This document shows, one piece after another, positions 14,390-26,925 of a DNA stretch of 64,000 bases; position 1 is the stretch's first letter, and every line of letters starts with the position of its first letter. The translations under genes and the position numbers were made by a program. The stretch spans positions 66,092,001 to 66,156,000 of the forward strand of contig OZ260665.1 of assembly GCA_965285935.1 (NCBI GenBank). The letters are read 5' to 3'. Under the pieces are notes generated by a model, which made no database searches, was not told where the DNA came from, and saw only the letters and a list, made by a program, of their open reading frames with translations. The DNA is from Ophelia neglecta. Taxonomy: Eukaryota.

Positions 14390-16172
14390 GTAAGTCAATG
14401 TAGGAGGCATAACATATAACAAAAATTATAACAAATCTATTTTATTGGCAAAATGAGTAATAATACATTTGAATAAGTTTACAAAATGTAAATAAATAAG
14501 TTTAAACCATAAGGTAACATGGAGATTGAATATGTAAATTTGTGGATGCTTTTTGTATATATCGACTTGTTATTGTAAAATTAACCTTTAAGCTAATTTT
14601 TCCAAATTTTATTAATTTTTTAAGTTTAGATCCAGTATGAGTCAAAGTAGTTAGGCCATGAAAAGTAAGAACTTTGGTTAGCTTCATTGCACGGCTAACT
14701 TTTGCCTCAAGTTTCTCTAAACACACACAGACTTTTGGACCTTTCTTTATCCATAAAGGAGAACATTTGATTCATACTTTTTTTACATTCCAAAATGTGG
14801 AACTTACTGATATTTTGTTCTTTTTGCCAAATGGTTAAAGTTTTGGTCGAATTTCATTTTATACTGAGAAATTTCAAAATTGTGAATTTTTTTGTTTTTA
14901 TTTGGTAGTAGTATCTGTCTACTTGTTTTTAACGTAAAATAATATATCCATCAGAACTTGGGAGCTCTGTGTGATAACCCTCCCCCTCCTCCCCCCCCCC
15001 TCCCACCTGGGTTTATGAAACTGCTGGGATGCTTACCAACATTCCTACTTTTCATGGCCTCATTCTACTATTTTTTGTTTACTCTGTTGTACAATAGGGA
15101 AAAAGATGCACAAATTATCTGAAACATTTCCAATAGATTTTATTTTTGAATATTTTCTTATTAATGCATTACTTCTTAACCGACAATTAAAGTTCTTCAT
15201 CTTATAGTTAGCATGTTTAAAAAAATTATTTTAACCTTATCCTTTGTTGAATGAACACTAATAATTTTGAGTTCTCAGATTGTGCAATCTGTGCCTGGGG
15301 ATAAGGATCATTAATTATTTCATTCACAATATGGTACAATTGAGTTGACTATAATTAGCATAAATTTACATTGAAGTCCAGAATATATTTCATTCCTTCT
15401 AAGCAGAATAGATCTTAATATGAATGCATAAATAAACTATGTAGTGCAAAAATTTTATTGCCTACTCATTCATCCTACACACTCTGAATGAGTGTTTTTT
15501 TTGTGCTTGTTAAGATGAATTACCACCACGATAGTTAATGTCTCTGGCAGTGTGAGCAAAACTGTACTGCTGTAGTGTTCCTTATAAAAAAAGGTTATGA
15601 CATTAGATTTGAAAAGGCCTTCTCTGTAGAACAGTCAGTCAAGTGATAAAGGGTGAAGGGATAGCACTTGGGTAGAGCTATCAGGCACATTCAAATAGTC
15701 TAGACTTTAAACTTAAGGCAATAAACTAAAAGTTTAACCTGACCACAGGTCATGATCACAATGTCCCTCAACTAAATATTCAAAGCTCTGTGGCAGCATT
15801 TGTTGCCGACCTTTATCATAACACAATGGTTCATGTTTTCTCCATTGTACAAGTGGTATTTTACTCCAGGGATAACAGCTCACAGATACATATCTATTAT
15901 ATTATGGTCTTTATGCCATGTTTCTTTAAGACACCTGGCAATTGAATGTAGTTTCTTGGGCTTGTGCACAAAAGTAGTGGTGTCACGATGATCAAGTATA
16001 AGCCTAAGTCGGTCCTTTGTTGATATAAAGCCAATAGCAAAAGATAGTTTCCCTTTCAAGGTGAATTTCCTGTTGCAAAATAAAAGATAATCAGTATAAA
16101 AAACGCTAATGATATTTTAATAATTCTATACATGACAAAATGAAATCTTTCATTAATCCTGCTAACCGGTAT

Positions 16173-16701
16173 GTGGTCGTAGATACATGGTCATCAAGAG
16201 GTGGTCTTAGATACATGATCATCTAGAGGTGGTCTTAGTTACTTGATCATCTAGAGGTGGTCTTAGATACATGATCATCTAGAGGTGGTCTTAGATACAT
16301 GATCATCTAGAGGTGGTCTTAGATACTTGATCATCTAGAGGTGGTCTTAGATACTTGATCATCTAGAGGTGGTCTTAGATACATGGTCATCTGGAGGTGG
16401 TCTTAGATACATGGTCATCTAGAGGTGGTCTTAGATACATGGTCATCTAGAGGTGGTCTTAGATACATGATCATCTAGAGGTGGTCTATATACTTGATCA
16501 TCTAGAGGTGGTCTTAGATACTTGATCATCTAGAGGTGGTCTTAGATACTTGATCATCTAGAGGTGGTCTTAGATACATGGTCATCTGGAGGTGGTCTTA
16601 GATACATGGTCATCTAGAGGTGGTCTTAGATACATGGTCATCTAGAGGTGGTCTTAGATACATGATCATCTAGAGGTGGTCTTAGATACATGGTCATCTA
16701 G
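16173..16701. repeat. Minisatellite, about 19 x 28 bp (AGAGGTGGTCTTAGATACATGATCATCT)
   Basis: Directly visible tandem array with few variants. Confidence 0.95.
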
Positions 16702-18702
16702 TAGGAACTTTTACTGCTGAACCCTTTAATTTTTGTAACAATAAATGTTCTCATTTTTTCTGCTTTCTCATAGGAACAAATATTTAAGAGATTTTTAAGT
16801 GGCAAAGATATGTCATATTTATAATGTACATACATGTTGTCTGTGAAAGAACACAAACAGTAGATACAGCTGCTCTACTTTGAGAATGGCTGAGATCCAG
16901 GATTGTTGTGATAAATGATTAAGACTTGCCATTGGATCCTTATGAACAATGAAAGTCTACCTATTGCTCTTGCAGGGTGAAAACTATTATAATTATTTGG
17001 CATAACACATTGAAAACTTTTCACAAATCCATGAAAAACCACTGCTTTATGTGTCCTCCAAATTTTCAGTCTGCAAAAATAGTGCTCAGATTTAAAAGTT
17101 AGTACCACATAATTTTTCTGCTTGAAATTCACAAACATTGAATGGTACTGATATATTGTGTTGATATATTTTTATAAAAACGTGACCATAATTAACATAC
17201 TCCACCTAGAGACTAGAGCCTGTCAGTAGTACAGTAGAGAGTAGAGCCTGTCAGTAGTACAGTAGGCCTAAAAACTGATCCTCCCTTTCAGCACATGAAG
17301 AGAGATTCTGATACGATGATGCATATGCACTAAAGTTCTATGTTTTATAGCCAAACCCATATAAAAGTTGTGGTTTAACTGTTGTGACTTTGTTCCCTAG
17401 CTATTGTCAGGTAGATATGATTTATCACGGAAAAACACAACCATCTTTCAAAACATAAAGTGGTAATAAATGTTTACAAAATTACTATAAGCATAAAAAT
17501 CACAAACTTTAAGACACACGAATATCTGATGTTTTACAGCATTTTGTCTTTGTGAAGACATTTTCTCAATAGTTAATTAAGTAGTTTTAGAATTTTAATA
17601 TATATTTAAAGTAAAAAACATAATAATATGAGACACAGTAGTCTACAGAGAACTAAATTATTGTCATTTAATGCTACACCTTAAATAGATATACTAATAA
17701 AACAATAAGGAAAACAAGTGACTTTGAATCCTGAATAAGTTTATTTCTAAACATGGCAATGGTGTCTACTCCAGCACAGCTGCCCCTGTCACTGGCAGAG
17801 CTGGCATTTTACAAAACCAGAGGATCACAGCCAGTGTGGGATGGGTTCGTACTGCTGGAGTCTAGACCCTCCTCTGGTAGAAGGTACTCATCTCACACTT
17901 TTGATAGTGTCTCCAGAACAACTTTTTACCAAAAAATGGGGGTCCTGACCCCAGCATCTCCCTCATAGATCTGCCAGTGCCTGGGCAGCATAGCTATAAT
18001 GTAATCCAGCAGGAATTAGCCGTTAGTAACATGAAACAAGTTACTCCCAAGTTACTTTGAAAATGTATATGTTGAGACCATAAATACCAGCATTCCACAG
18101 TTCTGGTGTGCACAAATATTTGAAAATAAATCTTTTGGTTGCATCTTCTGTTGCTTCTCTACTGAGGAGTGTTGAAATGTTTAAATTTGAAAGAAATTGG
18201 TAGTGTAATGATATGTGAGATATTACAAAGATAAAGGCCAGTACATCCAGGTATAGACAGACTGTGGTGTCTCTCTCTGACCGACAATCCATGATATGAT
18301 TACCTGGCTAATTACTAGGATTACAGCATGCTGCCTTAATCAGCAGTTATCTCCTCCAGGACAATGCCATGAATAGGGTCTTATATAGGCCTGATTACAC
18401 TGATTGTCAGTCACCTTAGTTAGGTCTCCCTCTCAAGGTGGGTGTAGACTGGATTAGAGACTGGCTTTACTAGCTAAGAGTGGGCTAACAAGCTCACCTA
18501 TGTCCTTGTCTACCATTCTGATTTGACAGATTGCCATCTGTCCATTACTTGTATAATAACTGGTTGGGGGAATCTAGATTGTATACTCCAAGCAATGATT
18601 CCTTCAAAAACAGATACTAAGCGATGGCAATGTCTGTTTATAAGGCTTGTATTAACTTACATTAATCCACACAGTACTGAGAACACACATGAAGTTTGCA
18701 AA

Positions 18703-19620
18703 GAGACCCCTGTGGTCCAGTGGTAGCGTGCTGGACCCCTGACCTCCAAGGTCTGGTTTCGAATCCCGCCTGAGTTAGCTAAGATTCATAGCACTGGGTC
18801 CATTTCTAATGTCATATTGGTTAGCTATGTATAGCTTGGGACCACAGAGTTATGGAGCGAGCCATCTACTTCCTGTGGTGAAAGCCAACCTTTTTGACTT
18901 ACGTGTAAGGCGCTATTTTCCTGGTGCTATGGAGTGGTCACACGTGAACGCGGACAAATACGCAATCGTTTCGTGGTATTCAATTCAGCATACAAGATTT
19001 ATGTCCATATGAAAATAGAAGTTTTTAACGGACTTTGAAATGCTGTCTGCCATGGCAAACATCACCGGTACAGACAAAAAGCTGCAGCTGACAGCACGAC
19101 CGATCGCACTTGCATGTATACCCCCGCTATATGTGTGCGGTCTCGCAGTCACATACATCGTTTTGAAAGTGTTTTGACCAGACCCGCCAGAATGGAAACA
19201 GCGACAACATTTCAAACTCGGTCAAAAATCTCTATTTGTTGACGGATCTATAATCTTAAAACTGAATCGACTAAGACTGATTGGTTTTTTATTTGTTCAT
19301 GTATAGACCTACAAACCAGATAATGCTGGAAATATAGCGCATTGTCACTAAGTGGAAAATTTTCAGCTTTCAACACAGGGAGTAGATGGCTCACTCCATA
19401 GCTCTGTGGTCCCAAGCTATACATAGCCAATCAATATGACATTAGAAATGGACCCAGTGCTATGAATCTTAGCTAGCCTGAGTGGGTGGTTGGGCTTGCC
19501 TTGTGTCGGGAGAATAATTCATTTGACCTTCACCTCACCTTTCCAGGAGACTTCCTCTCCTGATATGACCTCTCAAGTGTTGAAAAGGATGTTAATCACG
19601 AACATTTAACATTCAACTTA
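18703..19620 (+). mobile_element. tRNA-derived SINE (about 210 bp) interrupted by a hAT-like MITE
   Basis: Pol III A box TGGTCCAGTGG (18713-18723) and B-box-like GGTTTCGAATCCC (18755-18767). The body resumes at 19484 and ends in a GATATGACC...GTTGAAAAGGATGTTAA-type tail with an A/C-rich end. Probable TSD AAGTTT(G/A)CAAA at 18692-18702 and 19621-19631. Confidence 0.75.
18776..19475. mobile_element. hAT-like MITE, 700 bp, about 110-bp imperfect TIRs, 8-bp TSD
   Basis: Termini TAGCTAAGATTCATAGCACTGGG ... CCCAGTGCTATGAATCTTAGCTA; TSD GCCTGAGT at 18768-18775 and 19476-19483; CpG-rich core; no transposase. Confidence 0.9.
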
Positions 19621-21293
19621 AAGTTTACAAAATACATACATATAAATATAAATTGACTAATAGTAACTTAACAGCGAGATCAATAAGATGTGTCAATTGT
19701 ATTGACCTCTAAACAGAAGGTCATACATGTGTCCTCAAGGACTCTACTGGTGACCATGAATTAACCATTACCACTTGTTTAAGATCAGTTTAAGGAAATT
19801 GCATTTTCAATCTTTTGGTGGTTTGAAAGTTCATGTGGAAGATGGGACAACCAAAGGCATTTTCCACTATTAGGAAATCTAATGCAAGAAATCCTCTGGC
19901 GACCTTGAATTTGCCCTTGATTTTGTATTTGACTTTGGGCTCTTTTTCAAAGCAGTGTTGCAGAATTTTCATGCCTCCTGGTGCCATGATTTTAAGTGCT
20001 TGCTAGGCACATTATATACTTTTAACTATAATAGAAAGATTGTATGCATTAGTGACATTGATCTATAACTTGAATTCTGACTGCTGAAGGTCAGGTCCAT
20101 GGACAACTTTTATTCATTTACAAGATTAATTTTTTAAATGTCAACACCAGTCTACCCTCTGTGTGTGTATGGGAGGGGGGGGGGTATAATTATTACTACT
20201 TGCTATTTATATTGATGGTCAAGTTGTTTTTTTCACAATTGCAAGTAATTAAGCTGTCTTATTCCTGGTTATTTTTTGCGATGAGGAGTAGTGATCATTG
20301 GTGTTTGGTGAAGTATCTAAGTTAAGATAGGAAAATTGATAATTCATCAACTTACCATAATTTACCTTGATGGAAAGTGGATTGAGCCTCACTTAGTTGC
20401 ACATGTTCTGTATATAGATATATATTTATACTTTCCTAAATGAATATAGTTTTTGTTAATAACTCTTAGGTGTGGAGAATAAGCATACCCAAAGGCTCAC
20501 ACCCAAGGTCACTAAACAAAACAGGGACCTGTCACAGTTTACACTTGGCTGAGTACATTCATATCCAAGTTGATTTTTTAGTATAAGCATATCATCAGCC
20601 GACAGTGCTAGGTGACACAGAGGGGGGGAGGGGTGCCAATTACATGTATATATATGCAAACATCTTTAAAACCTAGGTTAAGTAATTTAGCCTAAAAACT
20701 CTCCAAAATGACTCACCTAAGAAAGCTTATTATGTGCCATTTATGTTTTGGATGTATGCATTCACGTGTCTTTATCTGACTCTAGGCATACTTACCCTCT
20801 ATTAACCCTCCCCAGTGGTAAATGGCTTGTTTGAATATTAAGAAATATTTTCAAAAATATGGTTCACTGTTGACATAAAAGGAGGGTATGTTCTTTGATG
20901 GTAAGAGTATAGAGTAGTGGTACATTGTTCACAGCCTGTTTATTGATTTTTAGACATTGTTTGCAGGACTGACACAAAAGTTTTTGATAAAAAAATTCAC
21001 TTCCTTCTTGTTGTTTTCAGTTCACCTTTCAAATCCTTCTATTAAAAAAAAAAAAGAGTAAACTGAGTAATGGATAGTGTTGTTGTATCAGTCACTCATA
21101 AATCCGTCTCAAATGGTGGTACTGCAATTTTCTGGTTTATTGAGGACACTTAGGATTATATTTCTTCTTCCATGTACCATTAGATGTCAGTAGGGAACAG
21201 GTTTCTTTTTCTTTTGACTTACCTGGTATATTTTACTTGACTATTATTATTACAGTTCAATTTTTCAACCCAAAAAACTTTTCTTCTTTCCAG

Positions 21294-21377
21294 CCGAGGA
21301 GAGCTGGCGACATGTTGGTACATTTTGCTATCAGGAAGTGTATTTATTGACGGCTCCATGTTCTTGCCAAGGAATAG
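21294..21377 (+). CDS. RAPGEF2: RAPGEF2/6 coding exon (C-RGELATCWYILLSGSVFIDGSMFLPRN)
   Basis: Acceptor ttcttctttccAG, donor GTAAGT at 21378; 84 nt, phase 2 to 2; contains the conserved CWYILLSGSV motif. Confidence 0.95.
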
Positions 21378-24300
21378 GTAAGTCCCTGCCAAACATGTAG
21401 AACCTTTTTATTTACTAGAAATTAATATGCATATAGAGTTATAAAAACTTGCAATAAAGATACCAAAAGCAGCATGACAACAATTATGAGATGTAGGGCT
21501 GGCAGGTCCATTGGCAGTCACTTTCAGGCTCAGTTTAGTTTGTGTGAGGTGAGTTGGACATGCCTCACCACAATTTGACAGGTACTGCTGTTTAAGTGTT
21601 CAGCTTTGGTGATCACTTTCAAGGCAAGTGGCGGCTTTCTATTGTGTAAGACTTTGGATATGAATGTTACAAATGTTGTTAATGGCCGGTGGCGGAGCGC
21701 GAGCTTGTACTTACGGCTGAATCCTCCCAGTCAAATGAAAGCAATGGAAAAGTACCATCTTCGCCACTAAAAATTTATAAAGATGATATCTCTTTTGGAA
21801 AGTTCAAAATTGCAGTATACATGTACTGGAATCAGCCGTGTAAAAGTTCACTTCAAACACGCATCATCATCGGTAGACATTTTTAGAATGCTGGATGTTA
21901 GGTTGTACTGTTTTCGATGAGCATCTGATAACAGTGTGATGTTGCAGCACATTAGAACACGGCATAACAGGTACTGTACATTAAGGAAAATTATTCAAAT
22001 ATTCTGATGTTTAGCCAACTTGAATACAAAGGTCTGGCTGAGATAGCAGTAGTATAGATACAACATGTATATGTGTAAATGACAGAGATGTGATCATAAA
22101 ACCTAGGCAGTACATACAGAGGGTATATGAAGAACATTGCACATTATCTTTCATAAGTTTCTTTTCTTTCTACATATATTACTGTTATACTGATTGTACA
22201 TGAAGATGGTAATCAGATGCTGGTTTATGGCCTGATGTGAGAGCTCCTATAGAACTGAGCCATCTCTTGTTTTGTATGTACTTGACCTTATTTGTGCCCT
22301 TTTCTGGGGATAAAGCACTAAGTTGGCAATCTAGATTTGCCCTTGGGCTCTCTACATTTTATCATCTTTACTCGTTAGTAGATGACAGGAAAAATATTAC
22401 CTTTCTCTTCTGAATATTGTGATACCCGCATCTAGGCTGGTAATTGAACCGGGCATTTGAACCGACCAAAATGATCATTTATATACAATGTACCAGTAAC
22501 AATGGTATACTAAACGGACAAACATGCTTTGATTATAAAACTGAATGTAGCTTTCCGCTCCCTTGATCTTGGTGTCATATAACAACAGACCAGTTTGAAG
22601 ATGCAAATATTGAATTATCTGCAGGCGGAGATAATCGCACTGCGAGAGAATTATACTCCTACTGCAGTCTGCAAACCTTTTTTTTCGATAGTCACTATTT
22701 TGGGGAGTGAGAACATTTTTATGGTTGCCAAAATGTAGATTCCCTTGCCACAGTGCTTGTCCCTGTAGTCAATGCATAGTTTAACCAAATTTAAAAAGTA
22801 TATTGAAGAACACATTTTATTTGGCACTTTTTTAATGTTATAAGATAGCTGTAACATCAAATGAGTTGTCAGCTGCCTCCAAGGAAGAGAGCGATCTTGT
22901 TTATTTGAGGAAGGCCTATGCCAGCAATTCCAGGGCCGCCAAGTTCAGGCAGGCTGGAAAAAGAGAGATTACCTGCTTTTCATGTACATACACATTTTTT
23001 GAGGAGGATAATGTTGTAAACCAGTCAGTACTTTCATGGAGTAATGTACTTCTGAAAATAAAAGATTATATTTAAATATAGAATAGTGGTTATAAGCAAT
23101 TCAATGTTATTAAGTATAAAGCTATGGCTACAAAAATATGATTCTTAGAGTCCTGAATATATTTTGGTTGTTCCAAATTGGTGAAACTACGTATATATAT
23201 ATATATACATTCTGGTAGCAAACATTTTATAGTTGAAAATAAGTAAATGTGTTGTTAAGAAAGATAATATTATTTGATAGAAAAATCTGGAAAGTGTAAT
23301 AGGTTTAATAACTAACTCTCATAATGTTAAAGAAAGCTTATTATGACATTTAAGATGGCCAAGTTTACTAAGGAGCTTGCATTGAAATTATTAAGATAGG
23401 TGTTGTGAGTGAAATAATGACATTAGTAGAAAAACATATTGTAAAAAAAGATTTTGCAAACACAGAAGTAGAAACCTGCTTAAAACCTAGGTGGTAACCA
23501 ACTTGTCATGGTAGCACTGGGAAAAGGCATGTATGTCATTGGAAGTGACCTCGCGTTTGCCACACTGCTACTGTAAGATAATGTAATCATGGTATTATCT
23601 GCAGGACAATGTTACGGTGAAATAATGTTATTTTAATGCTATCTTACAGTGACATTATCCAACTTTGAAACTTTTTTAATAGGCAATAGGTTGGCTATAG
23701 TTGTTTGTAATTTTTTTGGAAAACATTCATCCAAAAATTAAAGTCTGCAATCTCTTGAAAATGTGATGGCACATTTTATATATACATTTATACTGGGCAA
23801 CATTACGACTGGAGTTTTAGGTTGGGCATTTTAACCCTGCTTGGAAAATTTGCCAACATTAATTTCAACAAATAGTAAATAATTTACAGTCATATTGTCA
23901 TGAGTGGGTAGCATAATAAATTTATAATTTTAAACAGCTACTCAAATAAAAAAATCTAACATGCAAGTTATTTTATGGTTATAACAATTGGGAGTGACAC
24001 TTTTTCTTAGTCCACGGTGACACTGTTAGATAGGGCTGTTAGAGCATGCTTACAGGCAGAGTCAGTAGCTGTAAAGGTGCACTATAATACGCAAATTCAG
24101 TTCACTAATAAAAAGTAGTTCACTGTGAGAAATTCAGGCCAAGCTTTCGACATATTCTACATGTATTTTTAGCAATTTTTTTTTACAAAAATCATCTTTA
24201 TAAGAAAAGAATGTTAATCAGAATGAAGGCTGAAATAATAACAAGAAATTAAACAAGAACAGGTAATCTAATAAGACTATATTACACCTATTAATGATAA

Positions 24301-25502
24301 AAGAGAATGTATGAAAAGCACCCAGCTGTGTTGATATTAAGACTCTGTATGATTGCCATTACTGGTACCTTATGTAGGCCTGTTCCTTTGTAATCATCAA
24401 TGACTATTAATTGGATTGATGTTGTAACTGCTTTGTGAAAAGAACAATAAGCATACATAATAAAAGGTCATCATTCAATACTGTTTTTAAATGCAATTGT
24501 TTAAAACTTTCTTTATCAACTCTTGTATCAAAGTTAATTTAAGGTTGTGTTTGTTTTTCTGTAGTGTTCACTGAGGTATTTATAACAATTAATTAACCCC
24601 ATTTGTTTTCCCTGGCTTTGTTGATAACATTAGCTAATTAAATCACTATATTTATCCTTTAATACAAATCCTCCACACCCAATACTTGCTAGAATCATTT
24701 ATTTTCCAACCGTTTGATTATTTCTACAACAGGTGTAAGTATTTTTTTTAAACAACTATTCCTCAGATTTCGTTACTTTTTCTGATATATGCTATTTCCT
24801 AAATATTATATATTGGAATTTGCATTCTTACAAATCTTACACCAAACCATTGTGTGCTAATTGTCAGGCCTGAGTTGGGAACATGTACATGTATATGTAT
24901 GTAGGAGGGGGTAGACATTGCCATTATAGGGACCACCTGTGTAGGTCATCAGTGACCAGAACTGGTGTTGATTTGAAGGGCCACCCTGGTGCGTCCAGGT
25001 GAGGTCCAGGTAAGCTTAATGGCTTCCAGGTGAGCTCTGTGGTGGAGAGAACAAGAGAGAGGACATATTGAGTGTCATACATCTGCTCATTCATCATGTA
25101 ATGTTTTATAATATTACTGCTCCCTCAACACCAGCATTTCTTACTCTATAAGTATATTGAATCCGGGTATTATGCATTTGTTTACTATATTCGGCTATGT
25201 TACAATTATGATGGTCCACACAAATTAAGTTCTATTAAATGGGATATTCAGGTTTTCATGCAATCATTTGTGGAGAGTGTTTTCCCTTGCAGTCAACCTT
25301 GTGTCTGACTGACTTAATTAGTTTTAATATGCATGTTCCTCTATCAGCAGACTTTTAATCATATACAAGTTGTAAAAGTTGCTTTTTGCCTTCATAGCCA
25401 TTTCATTGCTATGTAGGACTCCCCCAAAAGCCATATTTTCAAAAAAGGAATTTATTATAAAAAAGTAAAATTGTTAACATTTTTAATTTGCTTTGTCTCT
25501 AG

Positions 25503-25514
25503 GTTAAATATCAG
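25503..25514 (+). CDS. Candidate 12-nt microexon of RAPGEF2/6
   Basis: tttttaattTGCtttgtctctAG|GTTAAATATCAG|GTAAAA; frame-preserving and stop-free in the phase-2 context. Confidence 0.4.
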
Positions 25515-26560
25515 GTAAAATTCTGTTTTCAATTATTCAATGAAGCCTTTTAGATTTTCCTATAAATATCATGTAACATTAAAATCATAAAAGATATCCA
25601 ATTTGCACCCTTAGGGTATTGATTAAATTACCATTAAGGTAAAATGAAAGCAGGCAATGGGGGGTCAGTTACAGCTAATTGTGTCCTGTTCCTGTATTGT
25701 AGGGAGGAGGGAGGAGGGTTAGAAGGATGGTAAATATCATCCAGGTATATTGGGTTTTTATTAGCCTCTGTGATATTTTCTTTTCTTTTTTTCATTCTAA
25801 AGGTTTTTATATTCTGGATGTAAACACCACTATCTTTTCTGTCGTATGATTCACTAAGGCGGAAGCCTTTAAGACATTTTCTTTAATATGTGGACAGGAT
25901 GTTCTTATTGCCACAAGACTTCATCAGCCCAGTGTGCAATGAAGGGTGGCCAAGTTTGTTTTGAAAAGTAGCTACTTTTATAGATTTTACACTGGAAATG
26001 GTGTTTCTTACATTGTGCCTTAGAACCCTTCTGGGTGGTGCTGCCCACTTTCTCACCTTATCTGTCTCTTTAAGGGTGTTCACCCTCTCTGGCCTTTGGC
26101 CAAAGATGGTGACCCATGGAAAAGGAGGTTGGCTTTGAGGGGCTCAGAGTTAGGTTATTTTGCATGTTTTTTTCTCTGTCACTGACCATCTCATCAGTGA
26201 AGATGGGCCAAACCGCTGAGAGTGTTTCTGTCTGTAATTCCAGTTGTACCAGACTGAGTTGCTAGCCATACTGGCCTCTGAGTCGGCTACCATGACTTAC
26301 ACTGTTATGATTCAAACTCATTCACTCATTCCTGATCAGGTGTTCAATTAATTTCAGATGCTGTCCTTGCATATTGCATGAATTTTGATATCCCTGAGTG
26401 CAGTGTGTTGATTACTTCCTGTAGAATACCAAGTAGATTTACTGCCCATTCTGCACCCCTCTGCTCCCATTCAGGGCCTTTGTTGTAACCTTTACAAACT
26501 AAATATTTGGCAATGAAAATTGAAACGGATGGCCAGGTCTGGCTAAACACACACGTGTGA

Positions 26561-26925
26561 CTTTATAGCAGCGACCGCGTCCGATGACTATGAAAATCAA
26601 ATCGGCTTCACCCAGTATTTTCACCTGGAAACAACGTCGACGTCACCTGTGTATTAGTGCACGAGGCGTATCGTCATATTACCTTGTACAGTAGCGACAT
26701 TGTCCCGCCAAAAAAGTCGGCGGTAGTGTTCGCTGAGGAGAAGTGTAGAGAGAGTGGACCCTATAGCTGTTATAGTGCTGAGCGGGTGGTTATGTTTAGA
26801 ACTGAGCGTTCTAGCATAGTTACGTGAGGCGAACATGACAAAGTCGGACAGGAAGTCTAGTCTGACAAGAGGGGAAAAGAAGCGGTTTCGCCCCATATTA
26901 GGGGCTCATCAGGCTGAGCGAAAAG
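26561..26925 (-). ncRNA. Discontinuous type I hammerhead ribozyme in the PLE 3' region
   Basis: Minus strand: CAGC-CUGAUGA-GCCCC(UAAUAU)GGGGC-GAA-ACCGC (26916-26882), then 303 nt, then GCGGU-C/GCUG (26578-26569). Stem II has 5 bp, stem III ACCGC/GCGGU, stem I CAGC/GCUG plus CUUU/AAAG beyond an internal loop; canonical GUC cleavage triplet. Confidence 0.8.

Noticed and set aside
16173-16701. 28-bp array as a CRISPR array
   Set aside because: Units are contiguous with no unique spacers, there are no cas genes, and the context is a eukaryotic intron.
17790-17979. MITE with CACTGGCAGA(G/T)CT inverted ends
   Set aside because: Only a 13-bp imperfect inverted pair and no TSD; plausible old element but unsupported.
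18705-18775. tRNA gene
   Set aside because: A/B boxes are present, but no convincing cloverleaf or acceptor stem; it continues into a SINE body.
24565-24575. 11-nt microexon (ttttctgtAG|TGTTCACTGAG|GTATTT)
   Set aside because: Frameshifting and introduces TGA in the phase-2 context; no other support.
26185-26206. Second hammerhead (CTGATGA on the minus strand)
   Set aside because: No stem II followed by GAAA and no cleavage strand; only a small CCATCT/AGATGG hairpin.
26654-26896. 80-aa minus-strand ORF in the hammerhead insert
   Set aside because: No recognisable motif; its ATG lies within hammerhead stem-loop II; probably chance.
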